Below, in pieces: positions 20,188-30,599 of a DNA stretch of 64,000 bases. The first letter of the stretch is position 1, and each line of letters starts with the position of its first letter. The DNA lies in assembly GCA_903821745.1 (NCBI GenBank), contig CAIJMI010000005.1:199802-263801 (forward strand), written 5' to 3'. Under the pieces are notes generated by a model. It was not told the DNA's origin and searched no databases. It saw only the letters and a list, made by a program, of their open reading frames with translations. The position numbers and the translations under genes are program-made. The stretch is from Candidatus Gottesmanbacteria bacterium (GTDB taxonomy: Bacteria > Patescibacteriota > Microgenomatia > UBA10105 > UBA927).

Positions 20188-21450
20188 TTATGTGCCTTCT
20201 TGCCAACTCCCAAGATATGCTTCCTGTTCTTTGGTGAGCGTATCAAATTGCACGCCCATCCCTTTGAGTTTCAGTCTCGCGATTTCCTGATCCATTTCCT
20301 TTGAAATAGTATACACCTTCACCTCAAGCTTCCCCTTATTTTTTATGAAAAATTCCGCGGCGAGGGCCTGATTGGCAAAACTCATATCCATAACTTCTGC
20401 GGGATGTCCTTCAGCAGCGGATAAATTAATCAGTCTTCCTTCGGCAAGCAAAAACCGTTTCGTCCCATCAGCAAGGGTATACTCTTCGACGTATGTCCGA
20501 ATTATCCGATGTGCTTTTGCTTTTTTCTGAAGCGCTTCGACTGCAACCTCAACATTGAAATGTCCGGAATTTGCAATCACTGCGCCGTCTTTCATCGCCA
20601 GTATATGATCAAAAGACACAACATTTTTATCTCCCGTCACCGTCACAAACATGTCCCCGATTTTCGCAGCCTTTGCCATAGGCATGACCGTATATCCGTC
20701 CATCACCGCTTCGAGTGCCTTTATAGCATCAACTTCCGTCACCACGACGTGCGCGCCCATACCGTGTGCCCTGCTTGCCAGTCCTCGTCCGCACCATCCG
20801 TATCCTGCAACCACAAATGTTTTTCCGGCAAGTAGCATATTGGTTGCCCGCATGATCCCGTCGAGCGTCGATTGTCCTGTCCCGTACCTGTTATCAAACA
20901 TATGTTTGGTATCACTGTCATTAACGGCAAATACAGGAATTTTAAGCGCCGCATCCTTCATCATAGCCTTCAGTCTGATGACACCTGTCGTCGTTTCTTC
21001 GCTTGATCCGATAATTTCAGAAAGCTGATTTTTTCGTTTTGTATGAAGAAGTGATACGAGATCTGCTCCGTCATCCATCGTGATATTCGGATGCGTGTCC
21101 AAAACCGCATTCAAATGGGAATAATAGGTCTTCGTATCTTCGCCTTTGATGGCAAATGTCGGAATCTGATAATCTTTGACAAGTGATGCGGCGACGTCAT
21201 CTTGTGTTGAAAGCGGATTGCTTGCACACAAATAGACTTTTGCTCCTCCAGCTTTGAGTGTCAACATCAAATTTGCAGTTTCCGCCGTCACATGCAAACA
21301 CGCAGCAATGACCAAACCCTTCAGCGGCTTTTCTTTGATAAACCGTTTTTCAATAAGTTTTAAAACTGGCATCGCATTCCCAGCCCATTCAATACGAAGT
21401 TTTCCTGCCGCCGCGAGTGCAATATTTTTTACGTCACCTGATGGATTCAT
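20188..21450 (-). CDS. ahcY: Adenosylhomocysteinase
   Basis: [30 protein letters not shown] and NAD-binding Rossmann (GYGWCGRG). Start at the internal Met (MNPSGDV); the ORF-track extension to 21573 overlaps the upstream gene. Confidence 0.9.
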   Translation of the reverse strand: MNPSGDVKNIALAAAGKLRIEWAGNAMPVLKLIEKRFIKEKPLKGLVIAACLHVTAETANLMLTLKAGGAKVYLCASNPLSTQDDVAASLVKDYQIPTFAIKGEDTKTYYSHLNAVLDTHPNITMDDGADLVSLLHTKRKNQLSEIIGSSEETTTGVIRLKAMMKDAALKIPVFAVNDSDTKHMFDNRYGTGQSTLDGIMRATNMLLAGKTFVVAGYGWCGRGLASRAHGMGAHVVVTEVDAIKALEAVMDGYTVMPMAKAAKIGDMFVTVTGDKNVVSFDHILAMKDGAVIANSGHFNVEVAVEALQKKAKAHRIIRTYVEEYTLADGTKRFLLAEGRLINLSAAEGHPAEVMDMSFANQALAAEFFIKNKGKLEVKVYTISKEMDQEIARLKLKGMGVQFDTLTKEQEAYLGSWQEGT

Positions 21451-21463
21451 AGCTCTTTCTCCT

Positions 21464-22405
21464 TTATAAAACAATCGATTTTTTATACTTCTTTTTATAC
21501 CGCAGGCAAAAGTCTTTCTGGGTATAGACATGCGTTTGCGTCCCGTAGGTTTCAACCGTATAGACCGCCGCAATCGATCCCATTTGTCCGCATGTTTTTA
21601 AATCATACCCCCGTAAAAATCCAGCAAGAAATCCAGCGCGATATGCATCACCTGCTCCTGTCGGATCAACAATACCCTTCGCTTTTGCAGGTTGAATAGC
21701 AATAACTGTCTCTTTCGTTTCGATGAGTGATCCTTTTCCGCCACGTGTCGTGATAACGATCGGACAACATGCAAGTAATGCTTTATGCGAAAGTTCTAAA
21801 CGTTTTTCCATCAATGAAATCTCGTAATCATTGCCAATACACATAGCCGCATGAGAAACCCCCTGTAATAATTCCGCTTTTGAAAAATTCCCAATCTGAA
21901 ACGAAGGATCGTACATATATGGGATTTGTCGCTTGATACATTCTGCAACATACTGCACCATTGCCTTTGGTTCATTGGCAGAAATCACCACAAAATTAAA
22001 CGGATCATGAATGGTTGCAAGATGAAGCGTGGTATTTCTCACTAATGCACCTTTGTAATACGCACCGATTTGGTTATCTGCTTGATCCGTTACTACAAAA
22101 TATGTCCCACTCACATTTTTTGGATCAATACGGATATAGGCTGTTGAAATTGGTTGTTTTTTCCAAAACACCTGATATTCTCCAAAATCATTTCCAACGT
22201 ATGACTGAACCAATGGCTCAATACCAAGAAGATTCAGTGAATACGCCATATTCCCTGCAGTTCCGCCAAATTGCTTATGCAGTTTATCAGCAAGAAGTGA
22301 CAATGATATCGTATGGATTTTATCCGGCATAATCCGGTCAGCAATCTTTCCTGGGAAACCCATAATGAAGTCGTATCCAAGACTGCCGGTAACAACAATA
22401 GCCAT
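21464..22405 (-). CDS. PfkB-family kinase (putative adenosine kinase)
   Basis: C-terminal [14 protein letters not shown] ribokinase-family signature. Its position next to ahcY suggests adenosine kinase. Start at the internal Met (MAIVVTG). Confidence 0.75.
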   Translation of the reverse strand: MAIVVTGSLGYDFIMGFPGKIADRIMPDKIHTISLSLLADKLHKQFGGTAGNMAYSLNLLGIEPLVQSYVGNDFGEYQVFWKKQPISTAYIRIDPKNVSGTYFVVTDQADNQIGAYYKGALVRNTTLHLATIHDPFNFVVISANEPKAMVQYVAECIKRQIPYMYDPSFQIGNFSKAELLQGVSHAAMCIGNDYEISLMEKRLELSHKALLACCPIVITTRGGKGSLIETKETVIAIQPAKAKGIVDPTGAGDAYRAGFLAGFLRGYDLKTCGQMGSIAAVYTVETYGTQTHVYTQKDFCLRYKKKYKKSIVL

Positions 22406-22412
22406 GATTTGA

Positions 22413-22673
22413 TTACATTCCTTTAGACATCTGTGCAAGTTGTCCTGCTGCTGCTTGTTGGGATTGTTTAATGACATTGCCAATGGCCCGCTTCACGGAT
22501 TCATTTGGCACACCGCCAATCGTGACGGATTGCACTTCCTGATTTCCGTTCATGGTAATTTCCACTTCTCCTTCTTTTGCAGTAAATAGCATGCCGGACA
22601 ATGCCTTTTGAATGGCCATGGCACTTTTTCTCATTTCATTCATATCCCCGAGTTGTTTAAACGGATTAAACAT
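22413..22673 (-). CDS. ybaB: Nucleoid-associated protein YbaB/EbfC
   Basis: 86 aa directly downstream of dnaX in the conserved dnaX-ybaB arrangement, with a typical YbaB sequence pattern. Confidence 0.85.
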   Translation of the reverse strand: MFNPFKQLGDMNEMRKSAMAIQKALSGMLFTAKEGEVEITMNGNQEVQSVTIGGVPNESVKRAIGNVIKQSQQAAAGQLAQMSKGM

Positions 22674-22688
22674 ATATATTTCCTTTCC

Positions 22689-24098
22689 TTAAACTTTTTC
22701 TAATATAACTTCTACGCGAACATGGACACCAAAAAGTTTCTTCAAGACTGCTCCCAACATATCACGCACCATTGGTTCTGACAAGCGTTCTTGGTGAAAC
22801 TGGTATTGGGTAGTAATAGTCACAATACCATTTTCAATTTTTTTTGGATGCGTTGACCGCAACACGCCGGCAACAGAATGATTAAATGGTTTACACCCTT
22901 CTATCACATCTTTCCAACATTCTTCTAATTTTTCAATCGTAAATGACTCATCAACCGATCCCATAGGTTCGGAATGTGTGAGTGAAACAACGGGTTGATT
23001 CACTTCTTGGACAACAGCGGCAACAACAGGGGTTGACGAAACGGATTGCTGCACGTGCGGAATGAAAACCGACCCTTTACAATATTCCATGACGGCAAGT
23101 TCAATCGGAATTTCGGCAACCGGTGACGATTTCATGAGTCCGTATGCTTCAATAAGCTGTTTCATAATAAGCTGTATACTCACACGATCCCATCCTGCAA
23201 CCGTTTGTCCTTTGCCGAGGGTTACAAGAATCGTTTGACAGTCACGGAGCATATCGCTCAAAAACCCCTTTATATCTTTTGTCTCAGATACAAGATGTTC
23301 AACCACTGCAAGTGCTGCTTTTTCATCCTTTTGAGACAATGCTTTTAAAAAACGTTCCCGTTCTCCGCTGTCACCTGACGACAAAAGGCCGGTTATATAA
23401 TCGATCGTTATCTTTTTCTTTGAAAAACTAACCTGCTCTAAAATCTTCACTGCATCCCGGAAAGCACCATCGGATTCCGTAGCAATGAAGGCAAGTGCAT
23501 CATCATCAATATCCATTTTTTCTTTTGTAACAATTTTCTTTAAAGCCCCAATTAATTCTTCCTGCGTTGCTCGCCGAAATTGAATCCCGATACAACGCGA
23601 TTTTATGGTTGCCGGAATCTTTTGCGGATCAGTCGTTGCCAGAATAAACACGACGTGCTTAGGCGGCTCTTCCAACGTTTTAAGGAGAGCATTAAATGCT
23701 TCTGTTGTTAACATGTGGACTTCATCAATGATGTAAATTTTGTATGCACCGTGGGTTGGCGCAAGCGCTATTCTATCCCGCAGTTCCCGAATTTCATCAA
23801 TCCCGCGGTTTGAGGCTGCATCAATTTCCAACACATCCATATTTGTTCCATTAGCAATGGACGTACAGGATTCACACACACCACATGGTCCACTTTTTTT
23901 TGTGGATTTTGTACAAAGATAAATTTTAGCTAGAATGCGTGCAGTTGTGGTTTTTCCCGCACCTTTTGGTCCGGTTAAAAGATACGCGTGCGGAAGCTCT
24001 GATGGTTCTTTTTTGAGAAGTGAAGTGATGTGTTCCCGAACATGAATATTATCTATCTCATCAATAATTTGCGGTCGATAGGTTCGGTAAAACGACAT
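22689..24098 (-). CDS. dnaX: DNA polymerase III subunit gamma/tau
   Basis: Walker A LLTGPKGAGKTTTARILAK, a C4 zinc module (CGVCESC) and DEVHML. Confidence 0.9.
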   Translation of the reverse strand: MSFYRTYRPQIIDEIDNIHVREHITSLLKKEPSELPHAYLLTGPKGAGKTTTARILAKIYLCTKSTKKSGPCGVCESCTSIANGTNMDVLEIDAASNRGIDEIRELRDRIALAPTHGAYKIYIIDEVHMLTTEAFNALLKTLEEPPKHVVFILATTDPQKIPATIKSRCIGIQFRRATQEELIGALKKIVTKEKMDIDDDALAFIATESDGAFRDAVKILEQVSFSKKKITIDYITGLLSSGDSGERERFLKALSQKDEKAALAVVEHLVSETKDIKGFLSDMLRDCQTILVTLGKGQTVAGWDRVSIQLIMKQLIEAYGLMKSSPVAEIPIELAVMEYCKGSVFIPHVQQSVSSTPVVAAVVQEVNQPVVSLTHSEPMGSVDESFTIEKLEECWKDVIEGCKPFNHSVAGVLRSTHPKKIENGIVTITTQYQFHQERLSEPMVRDMLGAVLKKLFGVHVRVEVILEKV

Positions 24099-24117
24099 AG
24101 GCTTTATAATAGCATAC

Positions 24118-24516
24118 TTACTCGGGATGATGAATGCCGAGTAAATGATTTAGTCCATGAAGAATAAGAAACTCAATGACGTCATCCACTAGTTTATTTT
24201 CTTCCCCCGCCTCCCGTACTGCCTGTGGGTATGAAACAACAATGTCACCAAGATGCAAAATATCATCGGGCGGACCGATAAACGGAACATCACTGTATGT
24301 TCCCATTTCCTGGAGGGGAAATGACAACACATCGGTTGGATAATCTTTCTGACGATAGGTGCTGTTTAATTGAAGCATCTTCCGATCACCGACAATGGAA
24401 ATGGAAACATCCGCATCGCTTTCAATTTTTCCGACCAAAAAATCTTGAACTGCTTTCGTAATACGTTTTCTTGCAATGGGGTATCGGGATTCTGTCTGAA
24501 TGGTAACAGTAACCAT
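24118..24516 (-). CDS. ybeY: rRNA maturation endoribonuclease YbeY
   Basis: HGLNHLLGIHH zinc-binding H3 motif; 132 aa. Confidence 0.8.
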   Translation of the reverse strand: MVTVTIQTESRYPIARKRITKAVQDFLVGKIESDADVSISIVGDRKMLQLNSTYRQKDYPTDVLSFPLQEMGTYSDVPFIGPPDDILHLGDIVVSYPQAVREAGEENKLVDDVIEFLILHGLNHLLGIHHPE

Positions 24517-24517
24517 A

Positions 24518-24964
24518 TTATTTCGAAATCAAGGTCTTGAGCATCAAAGAAACGCGTCCACCATCTGCTTTTCCTGCAACTGCCTGCATGGCATTCCGCA
24601 TCAGTAAACCAAAATTGGTTTCCCCAGATGCAACAACTGGCGCAAGCAAGGTTTTTAATGCTTCATCGCTCATTTCTGCAGGTACATAGGCTGACAGAAC
24701 ATCAAGTTCTCCCTGTTCTTTGGAAACAAGCTCTGATCGACCAGCTGTCGTAAATGCTTCTACAGATTCTTTATGGGTCTTGACTTGTTTTTTAATTGTA
24801 TCCATCACGTCACCATCGGTAAGCGCTGTATCACTTGCAGCACCGTATTTGGCAATTGCAGCATTTCGGATGGCAGACAATAAAAACCGCAGGGTATCCA
24901 CCTTCACGGCATCATGCGATTTCATAGCTGTCACAAGATCAGCTTTTAAAGTATCAAGTAACAT
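24518..24964 (-). CDS. GatB/YqeY-domain protein
   Basis: 148 aa with the YqeY-like pattern; the conserved neighbour of rpsU. Confidence 0.75.
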   Translation of the reverse strand: MLLDTLKADLVTAMKSHDAVKVDTLRFLLSAIRNAAIAKYGAASDTALTDGDVMDTIKKQVKTHKESVEAFTTAGRSELVSKEQGELDVLSAYVPAEMSDEALKTLLAPVVASGETNFGLLMRNAMQAVAGKADGGRVSLMLKTLISK

Positions 24965-24980
24965 ATGTAAAACTCCTTCC

Positions 24981-25169
24981 TTAAATTCTTCCTGGATGTC
25001 GAAGTCTTCGTGCTAATTCTCTACTTTTTTCTTTTTTGATTTCAGCTGGCTTCTGGTAAAATTCCCGTTTTTTAAGATCCTGAAGTACGCCTTCCATCAA
25101 GACTTTACGGGTAAATTTCCGAATTAATGAATCTGAATTATCTCCTGGTTGTGCTTTCACAAATACCAT
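24981..25169 (-). CDS. rpsU: 30S ribosomal protein S21
   Basis: 62 aa, basic, KREFYQKPAEIKKEK...RRLR pattern. Confidence 0.8.
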   Translation of the reverse strand: MVFVKAQPGDNSDSLIRKFTRKVLMEGVLQDLKKREFYQKPAEIKKEKSRELARRLRHPGRI

Positions 25170-25186
25170 ATAAACAAAACACCCCC

Positions 25187-25597
25187 TTACCGAATTTGTT
25201 TTTTAATTTTTTCTTGTATCTCTCCGAGCGGGTCTTTTCCTTCCCGTTCAACTACTGATTGTATCACACCGCCCGCGTCATCCGAAAACCGCGGCAAGAC
25301 ATGCATATGCAGATGGTGCACGCCATTTACCTCTTTATGGTTCATTCCAATCGTAAACACCTCTGTTTTGTACACGACCGTTAACGCTGCAATGACCTTT
25401 TGCACTGTCGCCATGAGAGTGCCAAGCTCAAGTGGAGAATAGTCACTAATCGCCCATCCGTGTTTTTTCAAAATCACGACAACGTGTCCAGGGGTGGAAG
25501 GAAAAATATCCAAGAATGCTTTCGTTTCCTCATCCTCATACACGGTGTATGACGGCGTCGTCTGTTCAACAATTTTACAAAATAAACAGTTATCCAT
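25187..25597 (-). CDS. HIT-family (histidine triad) hydrolase
   Basis: HLHMHVLP histidine triad. Start at the internal Met (MDNCLFCKIV). Confidence 0.85.
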   Translation of the reverse strand: MDNCLFCKIVEQTTPSYTVYEDEETKAFLDIFPSTPGHVVVILKKHGWAISDYSPLELGTLMATVQKVIAALTVVYKTEVFTIGMNHKEVNGVHHLHMHVLPRFSDDAGGVIQSVVEREGKDPLGEIQEKIKKQIR

Positions 25598-26414
25598 ACA
25601 GTATTTTAACCTCGGCAATTAAATCAGAAAGAGTTAGTGTTGACGGCTTCATATCGGGATTTTTTGCGCTACCATTTAAGAGCATGTGGCGGCTTGGGTG
25701 CAAAAACCAAGTTGCTGTTGGATCCTTCTTTAACAAAGATTCATAAAGCGCAGTTAAATCAATTTCATCTTTTGGAATCGTCTTTACCTGAGCATTCCCG
25801 TTTTTTGGGTCTTTCCGGACAACCAGAACATACCCCATCTTTTGTCCATAATGCACCACTTCCCGATTAATCGTCTCTATCCCAAATGCTTTCCCAAATT
25901 GCGTTTCAAAAACAATAGCATTGTCTTTAATATCTTTTTCTGCCCACACTTTGTTTTGAAACATTTTGTACGCTCCGTCCAAACAATCCATCACCGCATC
26001 CATCATTCCAATTGGGTTATCGACCATGTTAAGCTGTAATCCATCAATAATGACCGGAAGCGACAAATCCCAAAAATCAGCTGTAGGATTTGGAAAAAAT
26101 ACCTCACGAAAATGGTCAACGTCATTGACCACCCGAAGCAGCCGTTCTAATGCTTCATCTTTTTTCCCGAGTGATTGATACACCAACAGTGCTGCACACG
26201 TGTCATCATTTGCCTGGTGATGGTCAAATTTCCCGTATCCCGTATCAACATGAATAATTTCCGGATCATTATCAGGCTGCATTCCGTTTAACGTCTTTCC
26301 AGCGGGGACAAACGCAATAGCTGCTTCCTTTAACTCTGGTACGAACGTCTTCAAAAGCCAAACAGACGTAATGGCATCAAGATCAGGCGCAAAATGCGTA
26401 ATAATCGTTTTCAT
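25590..26414 (-). CDS. DHH-family phosphoesterase-like protein (putative)
   Basis: N-terminal HFAPDLDAITS (DHH motif I-like) and GKFDHHQ (DHH motif); 274 aa. Confidence 0.5.
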   Translation of the reverse strand: MKTIITHFAPDLDAITSVWLLKTFVPELKEAAIAFVPAGKTLNGMQPDNDPEIIHVDTGYGKFDHHQANDDTCAALLVYQSLGKKDEALERLLRVVNDVDHFREVFFPNPTADFWDLSLPVIIDGLQLNMVDNPIGMMDAVMDCLDGAYKMFQNKVWAEKDIKDNAIVFETQFGKAFGIETINREVVHYGQKMGYVLVVRKDPKNGNAQVKTIPKDEIDLTALYESLLKKDPTATWFLHPSRHMLLNGSAKNPDMKPSTLTLSDLIAEVKILYG

Positions 26415-26457
26415 ACCCCGTAGTATACCGCAATGGATGGCCGAATTGAAAGCTCTT

Positions 26458-26913
26458 TCAGAAAGAAAAACACCGTGGAAGAATAATTTCTTTAATATTC
26501 GAATACAGCGCTAAGGCGTCTACATCTTCCTTCCCAACCCATTTCATATCCGCATATTCCCGTTCCGGAAATACTTGTTTAAACTCCGGAACCTCAATAA
26601 CGTAAACAAAATCCATATGAATATGTTCCAGTTTTTCACCACGAGCAGGAATTGGTTCTTCAAAAAGATAATCTGGAACCGGAAGTGAATTGACCCGTTC
26701 GTCCAGTTTCTGTGTCTTTGGCAAATACGGCGTAACATCAAATCCTGCTTCTTCATAAACTTCACGAATTAAACACTCAAACGGATTTTCATTTTCTTCC
26801 TGGTGTCCCCCTGGCGGAAGCCACATCTGTAGTTTTTGATGGAGTCCTAAAAGAACTTTTCGGGGTGTAGTATTCGTCACCAATACTGCCGTTGAGGTAT
26901 AATGTTTGACCAT
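26458..26913 (-). CDS. NUDIX hydrolase
   Basis: Nudix box GGHQEENENPFECLIREVYEEAGF. Start at the internal ATG (26913), 1 nt after the proS stop. Confidence 0.8.
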   Translation of the reverse strand: MVKHYTSTAVLVTNTTPRKVLLGLHQKLQMWLPPGGHQEENENPFECLIREVYEEAGFDVTPYLPKTQKLDERVNSLPVPDYLFEEPIPARGEKLEHIHMDFVYVIEVPEFKQVFPEREYADMKWVGKEDVDALALYSNIKEIILPRCFSF

Positions 26914-26914
26914 A

Positions 26915-28357
26915 TCAATAACTCTGCCCAAATATCCAACGGTGTGTTGCCGGTTTTCCACAGTGTATACATACTCCTTTTTCTTCTTTGGTATCCATTG
27001 GCAGGCACCGAGTTGTTGCTTTAGTCTCATTCTTTATTTCTTTCTCACATCCTGCATCCTCACACCAAAATGCTTTCAACAATCCCTTTGTTGTTTCCAT
27101 AATTTTTTTAAACTCTTCGTAGGAGGAAACATCATGTGTGTGCTCTTTCAAAAATGCTTTTTGCTTTTCGAGTAACCGAAGCTGCATTGCTTTCAGTTCA
27201 TCGTCAATTTGCATAATGGCTTCTTTCCATGGCATCGTTTTCTTTTCCCCAGTGTCACGGAATACAAGCGTAACCGTTTCATCATCTGTTTCCTTCACGC
27301 CAATTTCAATCCGAATTGGCACACCCTTCATTTCCCATTTGTTAAACTTTTTCCCCGGACTGTCATCCGTATCATCCAGTTTCACACGCACCTGTTGGGA
27401 AACGAGTGCCTGATACATCCGATCAACATATGCTGACTGATCTTTTTTTGCCGGTATTTTTGAGGAAAGAATCGGAACAACAACGACCTGAATCGGTGCA
27501 ACTTTTGGAGGCAAAATGAGCCCTGCATCATCGCCATGTGTTAAAAAGAGCCCGCCGAGTGCACGCGTCGATAATCCCCAAGAGGTCTGCCATGCGTAGT
27601 CGAGTTTCTTTTCTTTGTCCTGAAATTGAATGCCAAACACTTTGGAAAAATTCTGCCCAAGATCATGACTTGTTGCTGCCTGCAATGCTTTTCCATCCGG
27701 CATTAAACTTTCAACCGTATAGGTGGTTGCAGCACCCGCAAATTGTTCAGTTTTACTCTTTTTTCCAAGAAGTACGGGCATGGCAAAATAGTCGACAAAA
27801 ATCTGCCGATACCATTCATGTGCTTTGAGGGCAAACGAAATTGCTTCTTCGTGACTCGCATGTGCAGTATGTCCTTCCTGCCACAAAAATTCTGTGGTCC
27901 GCAGAAACAAATACGTCCGTTTTTCCCACCGCACAATATTGCACCATTGATTCAGAAGCAGAGGCAAATCCCGCCAGCTTTTCACCCATTTGGCAAACAT
28001 GGAATACATGATGGTTTCTGATGTTGGGCGAACAACAAGCGGTTCTGCAAGTTTTTCCCCCCCAGCATGGGTAACAACCGCAAGTTCCGGAGAAAACCCT
28101 TCCACATGTTCTTTTTCCTTTTTAAGAAAAGATTCAGGAATAAACATCGGAAAGTAGGCATTCTCCACACCTGCCGATTTAATCATCCCATCAAAAATAT
28201 GCTGGACGGTTTCCCAAATGGCATACCCGTACGGCCGGATCACCATCGTTCCCCGTACTGGACCATAATCTGCAAGCTCTGCTTTCAGTACAATATCGTT
28301 ATACCAATCGGAAATATGATCGGATTTTTTCTTGACGTCTTTTTTATCAAATGCCAT
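26915..28357 (-). CDS. proS: Prolyl-tRNA synthetase (archaeal/eukaryotic-type, no editing insertion)
   Basis: 480 aa with class II motifs and a ProRS C-terminal zinc-binding domain (CIHCGKPATHRWIFGQSY). Confidence 0.9.
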   Translation of the reverse strand: MAFDKKDVKKKSDHISDWYNDIVLKAELADYGPVRGTMVIRPYGYAIWETVQHIFDGMIKSAGVENAYFPMFIPESFLKKEKEHVEGFSPELAVVTHAGGEKLAEPLVVRPTSETIMYSMFAKWVKSWRDLPLLLNQWCNIVRWEKRTYLFLRTTEFLWQEGHTAHASHEEAISFALKAHEWYRQIFVDYFAMPVLLGKKSKTEQFAGAATTYTVESLMPDGKALQAATSHDLGQNFSKVFGIQFQDKEKKLDYAWQTSWGLSTRALGGLFLTHGDDAGLILPPKVAPIQVVVVPILSSKIPAKKDQSAYVDRMYQALVSQQVRVKLDDTDDSPGKKFNKWEMKGVPIRIEIGVKETDDETVTLVFRDTGEKKTMPWKEAIMQIDDELKAMQLRLLEKQKAFLKEHTHDVSSYEEFKKIMETTKGLLKAFWCEDAGCEKEIKNETKATTRCLPMDTKEEKGVCIHCGKPATHRWIFGQSY

Positions 28358-28381
28358 ATACGTAAAAGTATACTCGAAAGG

Positions 28382-29485
28382 CTACCCTCTCACAATCCGA
28401 AGGATATCATTGACCGTCACAAGAAGAATAAGTGCCATCAGAATAATCATGCCAACCTGATGAATCACACGTTCAACAGCAGGCCGTGCTTTCTTCCCAA
28501 ACTTATCCGCAATCACAAATGCAAGTCGTCCTCCATCAAGAGCTGGAAATGGCAGAATATTTAACAAAGCAAGATTAAGAGACAAAATCGCCATGAATTC
28601 GAGAACCGCATCAAATCCGTATTTTACTGCCTGACCCGTTACCTGAGCTATACCAATCGGTCCAGAAATTTCTCCTGATGCCAGTTTTTGTCCTGTGATG
28701 AGTTTTGAAATAACAGAGCCCAACGATGTAAGCATCATCCACATCCGTTCAACATTAATCTTCACTGCCATAAATGGCGCTTTGGATAACGGATATTTGT
28801 GTTTTTCTAAATTCGAAACCGCAACTCCGAGTGGTCCTTCACCTTGTGGTGGACTTACCCGTGGCACGAGATGCACAGTCATTGGTTTTCCATCCCGAAC
28901 GATCGCAAGCGTAATCGATGTTCCTGATTGTCCCTTTACAATATCAATCAGTTCCTGTGGTTCCTGGAGTTTTTTGATCTGCAATCCCGTTTTATCCGTG
29001 TATTGAATGGATGAAATAACATCCTTCTCTTTCAGTCCTGCAAGCGCTGCCGGACTATTAGCAGATACGGTCTCTACATGAACAATTTTCGTGGGTTCCG
29101 TTATTCCGCGCGTCAAGAGAACCGTTGTTAAAACAACCGCAAGCAAAAAATTCATACAAACACCGGCCGATAAAATGAGCGCGCGTTGTCCACGTGACTT
29201 TGCCCAAAAATATTTACTCCGTTCTGTTTCTGATTTTATTTTTCCTTTTTCCCGATCCACATCTTCTTCATCTTCTCCTGCAAGTTTTACAAATCCACCA
29301 ATGGGAAGCCAGTTAAAAGAATACATCGTTCCTTTAATTTTTTTGCCAAATATTCGTGGAGGAAGTCCAAATCCAAATTCCTCAACATGCACGCCAAACA
29401 GTCTCGCCACCGTATAGTGACCAAGTTCGTGGATCATAACAAGAACGCTGAGGATAGCGATAAATACAATGGCAGTAACAAACAT
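28382..29485 (-). CDS. rseP: Site-2 protease RseP (RIP zinc metalloprotease)
   Basis: HELGH in TM1, a PDZ domain and a C-terminal LDGG motif. Confidence 0.85.
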   Translation of the reverse strand: MFVTAIVFIAILSVLVMIHELGHYTVARLFGVHVEEFGFGLPPRIFGKKIKGTMYSFNWLPIGGFVKLAGEDEEDVDREKGKIKSETERSKYFWAKSRGQRALILSAGVCMNFLLAVVLTTVLLTRGITEPTKIVHVETVSANSPAALAGLKEKDVISSIQYTDKTGLQIKKLQEPQELIDIVKGQSGTSITLAIVRDGKPMTVHLVPRVSPPQGEGPLGVAVSNLEKHKYPLSKAPFMAVKINVERMWMMLTSLGSVISKLITGQKLASGEISGPIGIAQVTGQAVKYGFDAVLEFMAILSLNLALLNILPFPALDGGRLAFVIADKFGKKARPAVERVIHQVGMIILMALILLVTVNDILRIVRG

Positions 29486-29494
29486 AAAAAGTAA

Positions 29495-30058
29495 TTAGAT
29501 CTGCGTCAATTCCGTTTCTTTTTTCTCGCCGATATTATCAATTTCAGAAATCATTTCATCCGTGAGTTCCTGAATTTTCTTCTCACCGACTTTTTGTTGG
29601 TCTTCTGAAATCGTTGCAGCTTCTGTTTCCTTTTTTAAATCCTTCATTGCCTCCTGACGGATTTGTCGAATCATAATCCGACCACCTTCCAATTTTGTCC
29701 GGGCAAGTTTTATATATTCTTCCCGTTGTTCCTGGCTCATGGGAGGGATGGTAATCCGAATCATCTCTCCTTCTGATACCGGATTGAGTCCCGTATCAGC
29801 CGATTGAATGCTCTTGACGATATCCTGCAAAACGGACGGGTCATACGGCGTAATGAGAATCGTTTTTGCATCCGGCACGCCAATAGTTGCCATTTCCTGA
29901 AGTTTTAATTTCTGTGATCCGTCATACGCGGTAATGATCAAGTTCTCCACCAATGCTCCTGTTGCACGGCCAGATCGAATCGATGAAAGATCATTGCGGG
30001 TAATTTCTATTGCTTTACGCATTTTCCCCTGCGCGAGGGATAGGATGATTTCTATCAT
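29495..30058 (-). CDS. frr: Ribosome recycling factor
   Basis: 187 aa with a typical Frr sequence pattern; downstream of tsf. Confidence 0.9.
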   Translation of the reverse strand: MIEIILSLAQGKMRKAIEITRNDLSSIRSGRATGALVENLIITAYDGSQKLKLQEMATIGVPDAKTILITPYDPSVLQDIVKSIQSADTGLNPVSEGEMIRITIPPMSQEQREEYIKLARTKLEGGRIMIRQIRQEAMKDLKKETEAATISEDQQKVGEKKIQELTDEMISEIDNIGEKKETELTQI

Positions 30059-30107
30059 AGTGACTCTATACTACGAGAAACCATAACACACAGTCAAGAG
30101 AAACAAA

Positions 30108-30578
30108 TTACACGAGTTCTTTTTTATCAAGCTGCATGCGGGTAAATTGAATAACCGTAATGTTTTCGCCCAATTTGGTAATTGTTTGTTTCACCAAATC
30201 CTGCATCGTGGTTTTTCCATCACGAATATACGAACTTGCTAAAAGTTCTGAAACGTCTTTTGGCTCCATAGCTGCAATTTGAAGTGCAAGTTCATGAGCA
30301 AGTTTTTTGAACTCTTCGTTCTTTGCCACAAAGTCCGTCTCGCAGCGCACTTCAACAAGCACCCCTACTTTTCCATTTGCATGCACATAGGATTCAATCA
30401 TACCAATAGCGGTTTCCCGATCGCCTTTTTTTGCCGCTTTTTCAATGCCCCATTCCTTCAAAAGCTCAATTGCTTTTTTGTAATCCCCATTGGATTCATC
30501 CAAGGCACGCTTACAATCAGCAACACCTGCCTGTGTTTCTTCACGAAGTTTCTTTAATGCATCAAGAGAAAAATTCAT
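30108..30578 (-). CDS. tsf: Elongation factor Ts (short form)
   Basis: N-terminal UBA-like LKKLREETQAGVADCKRAL; 156 aa. Confidence 0.9.
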   Translation of the reverse strand: MNFSLDALKKLREETQAGVADCKRALDESNGDYKKAIELLKEWGIEKAAKKGDRETAIGMIESYVHANGKVGVLVEVRCETDFVAKNEEFKKLAHELALQIAAMEPKDVSELLASSYIRDGKTTMQDLVKQTITKLGENITVIQFTRMQLDKKELV

Positions 30579-30599
30579 ATATAACTCCTTAGTACTATA

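Noticed and set aside
22689-24098. Possible programmed frameshift in dnaX (as in E. coli)
   Set aside because: The gene encodes a single 469-aa product with no internal A_AAA_AAG site or alternative-frame continuation; the heptamer occurs instead in the response-regulator gene.
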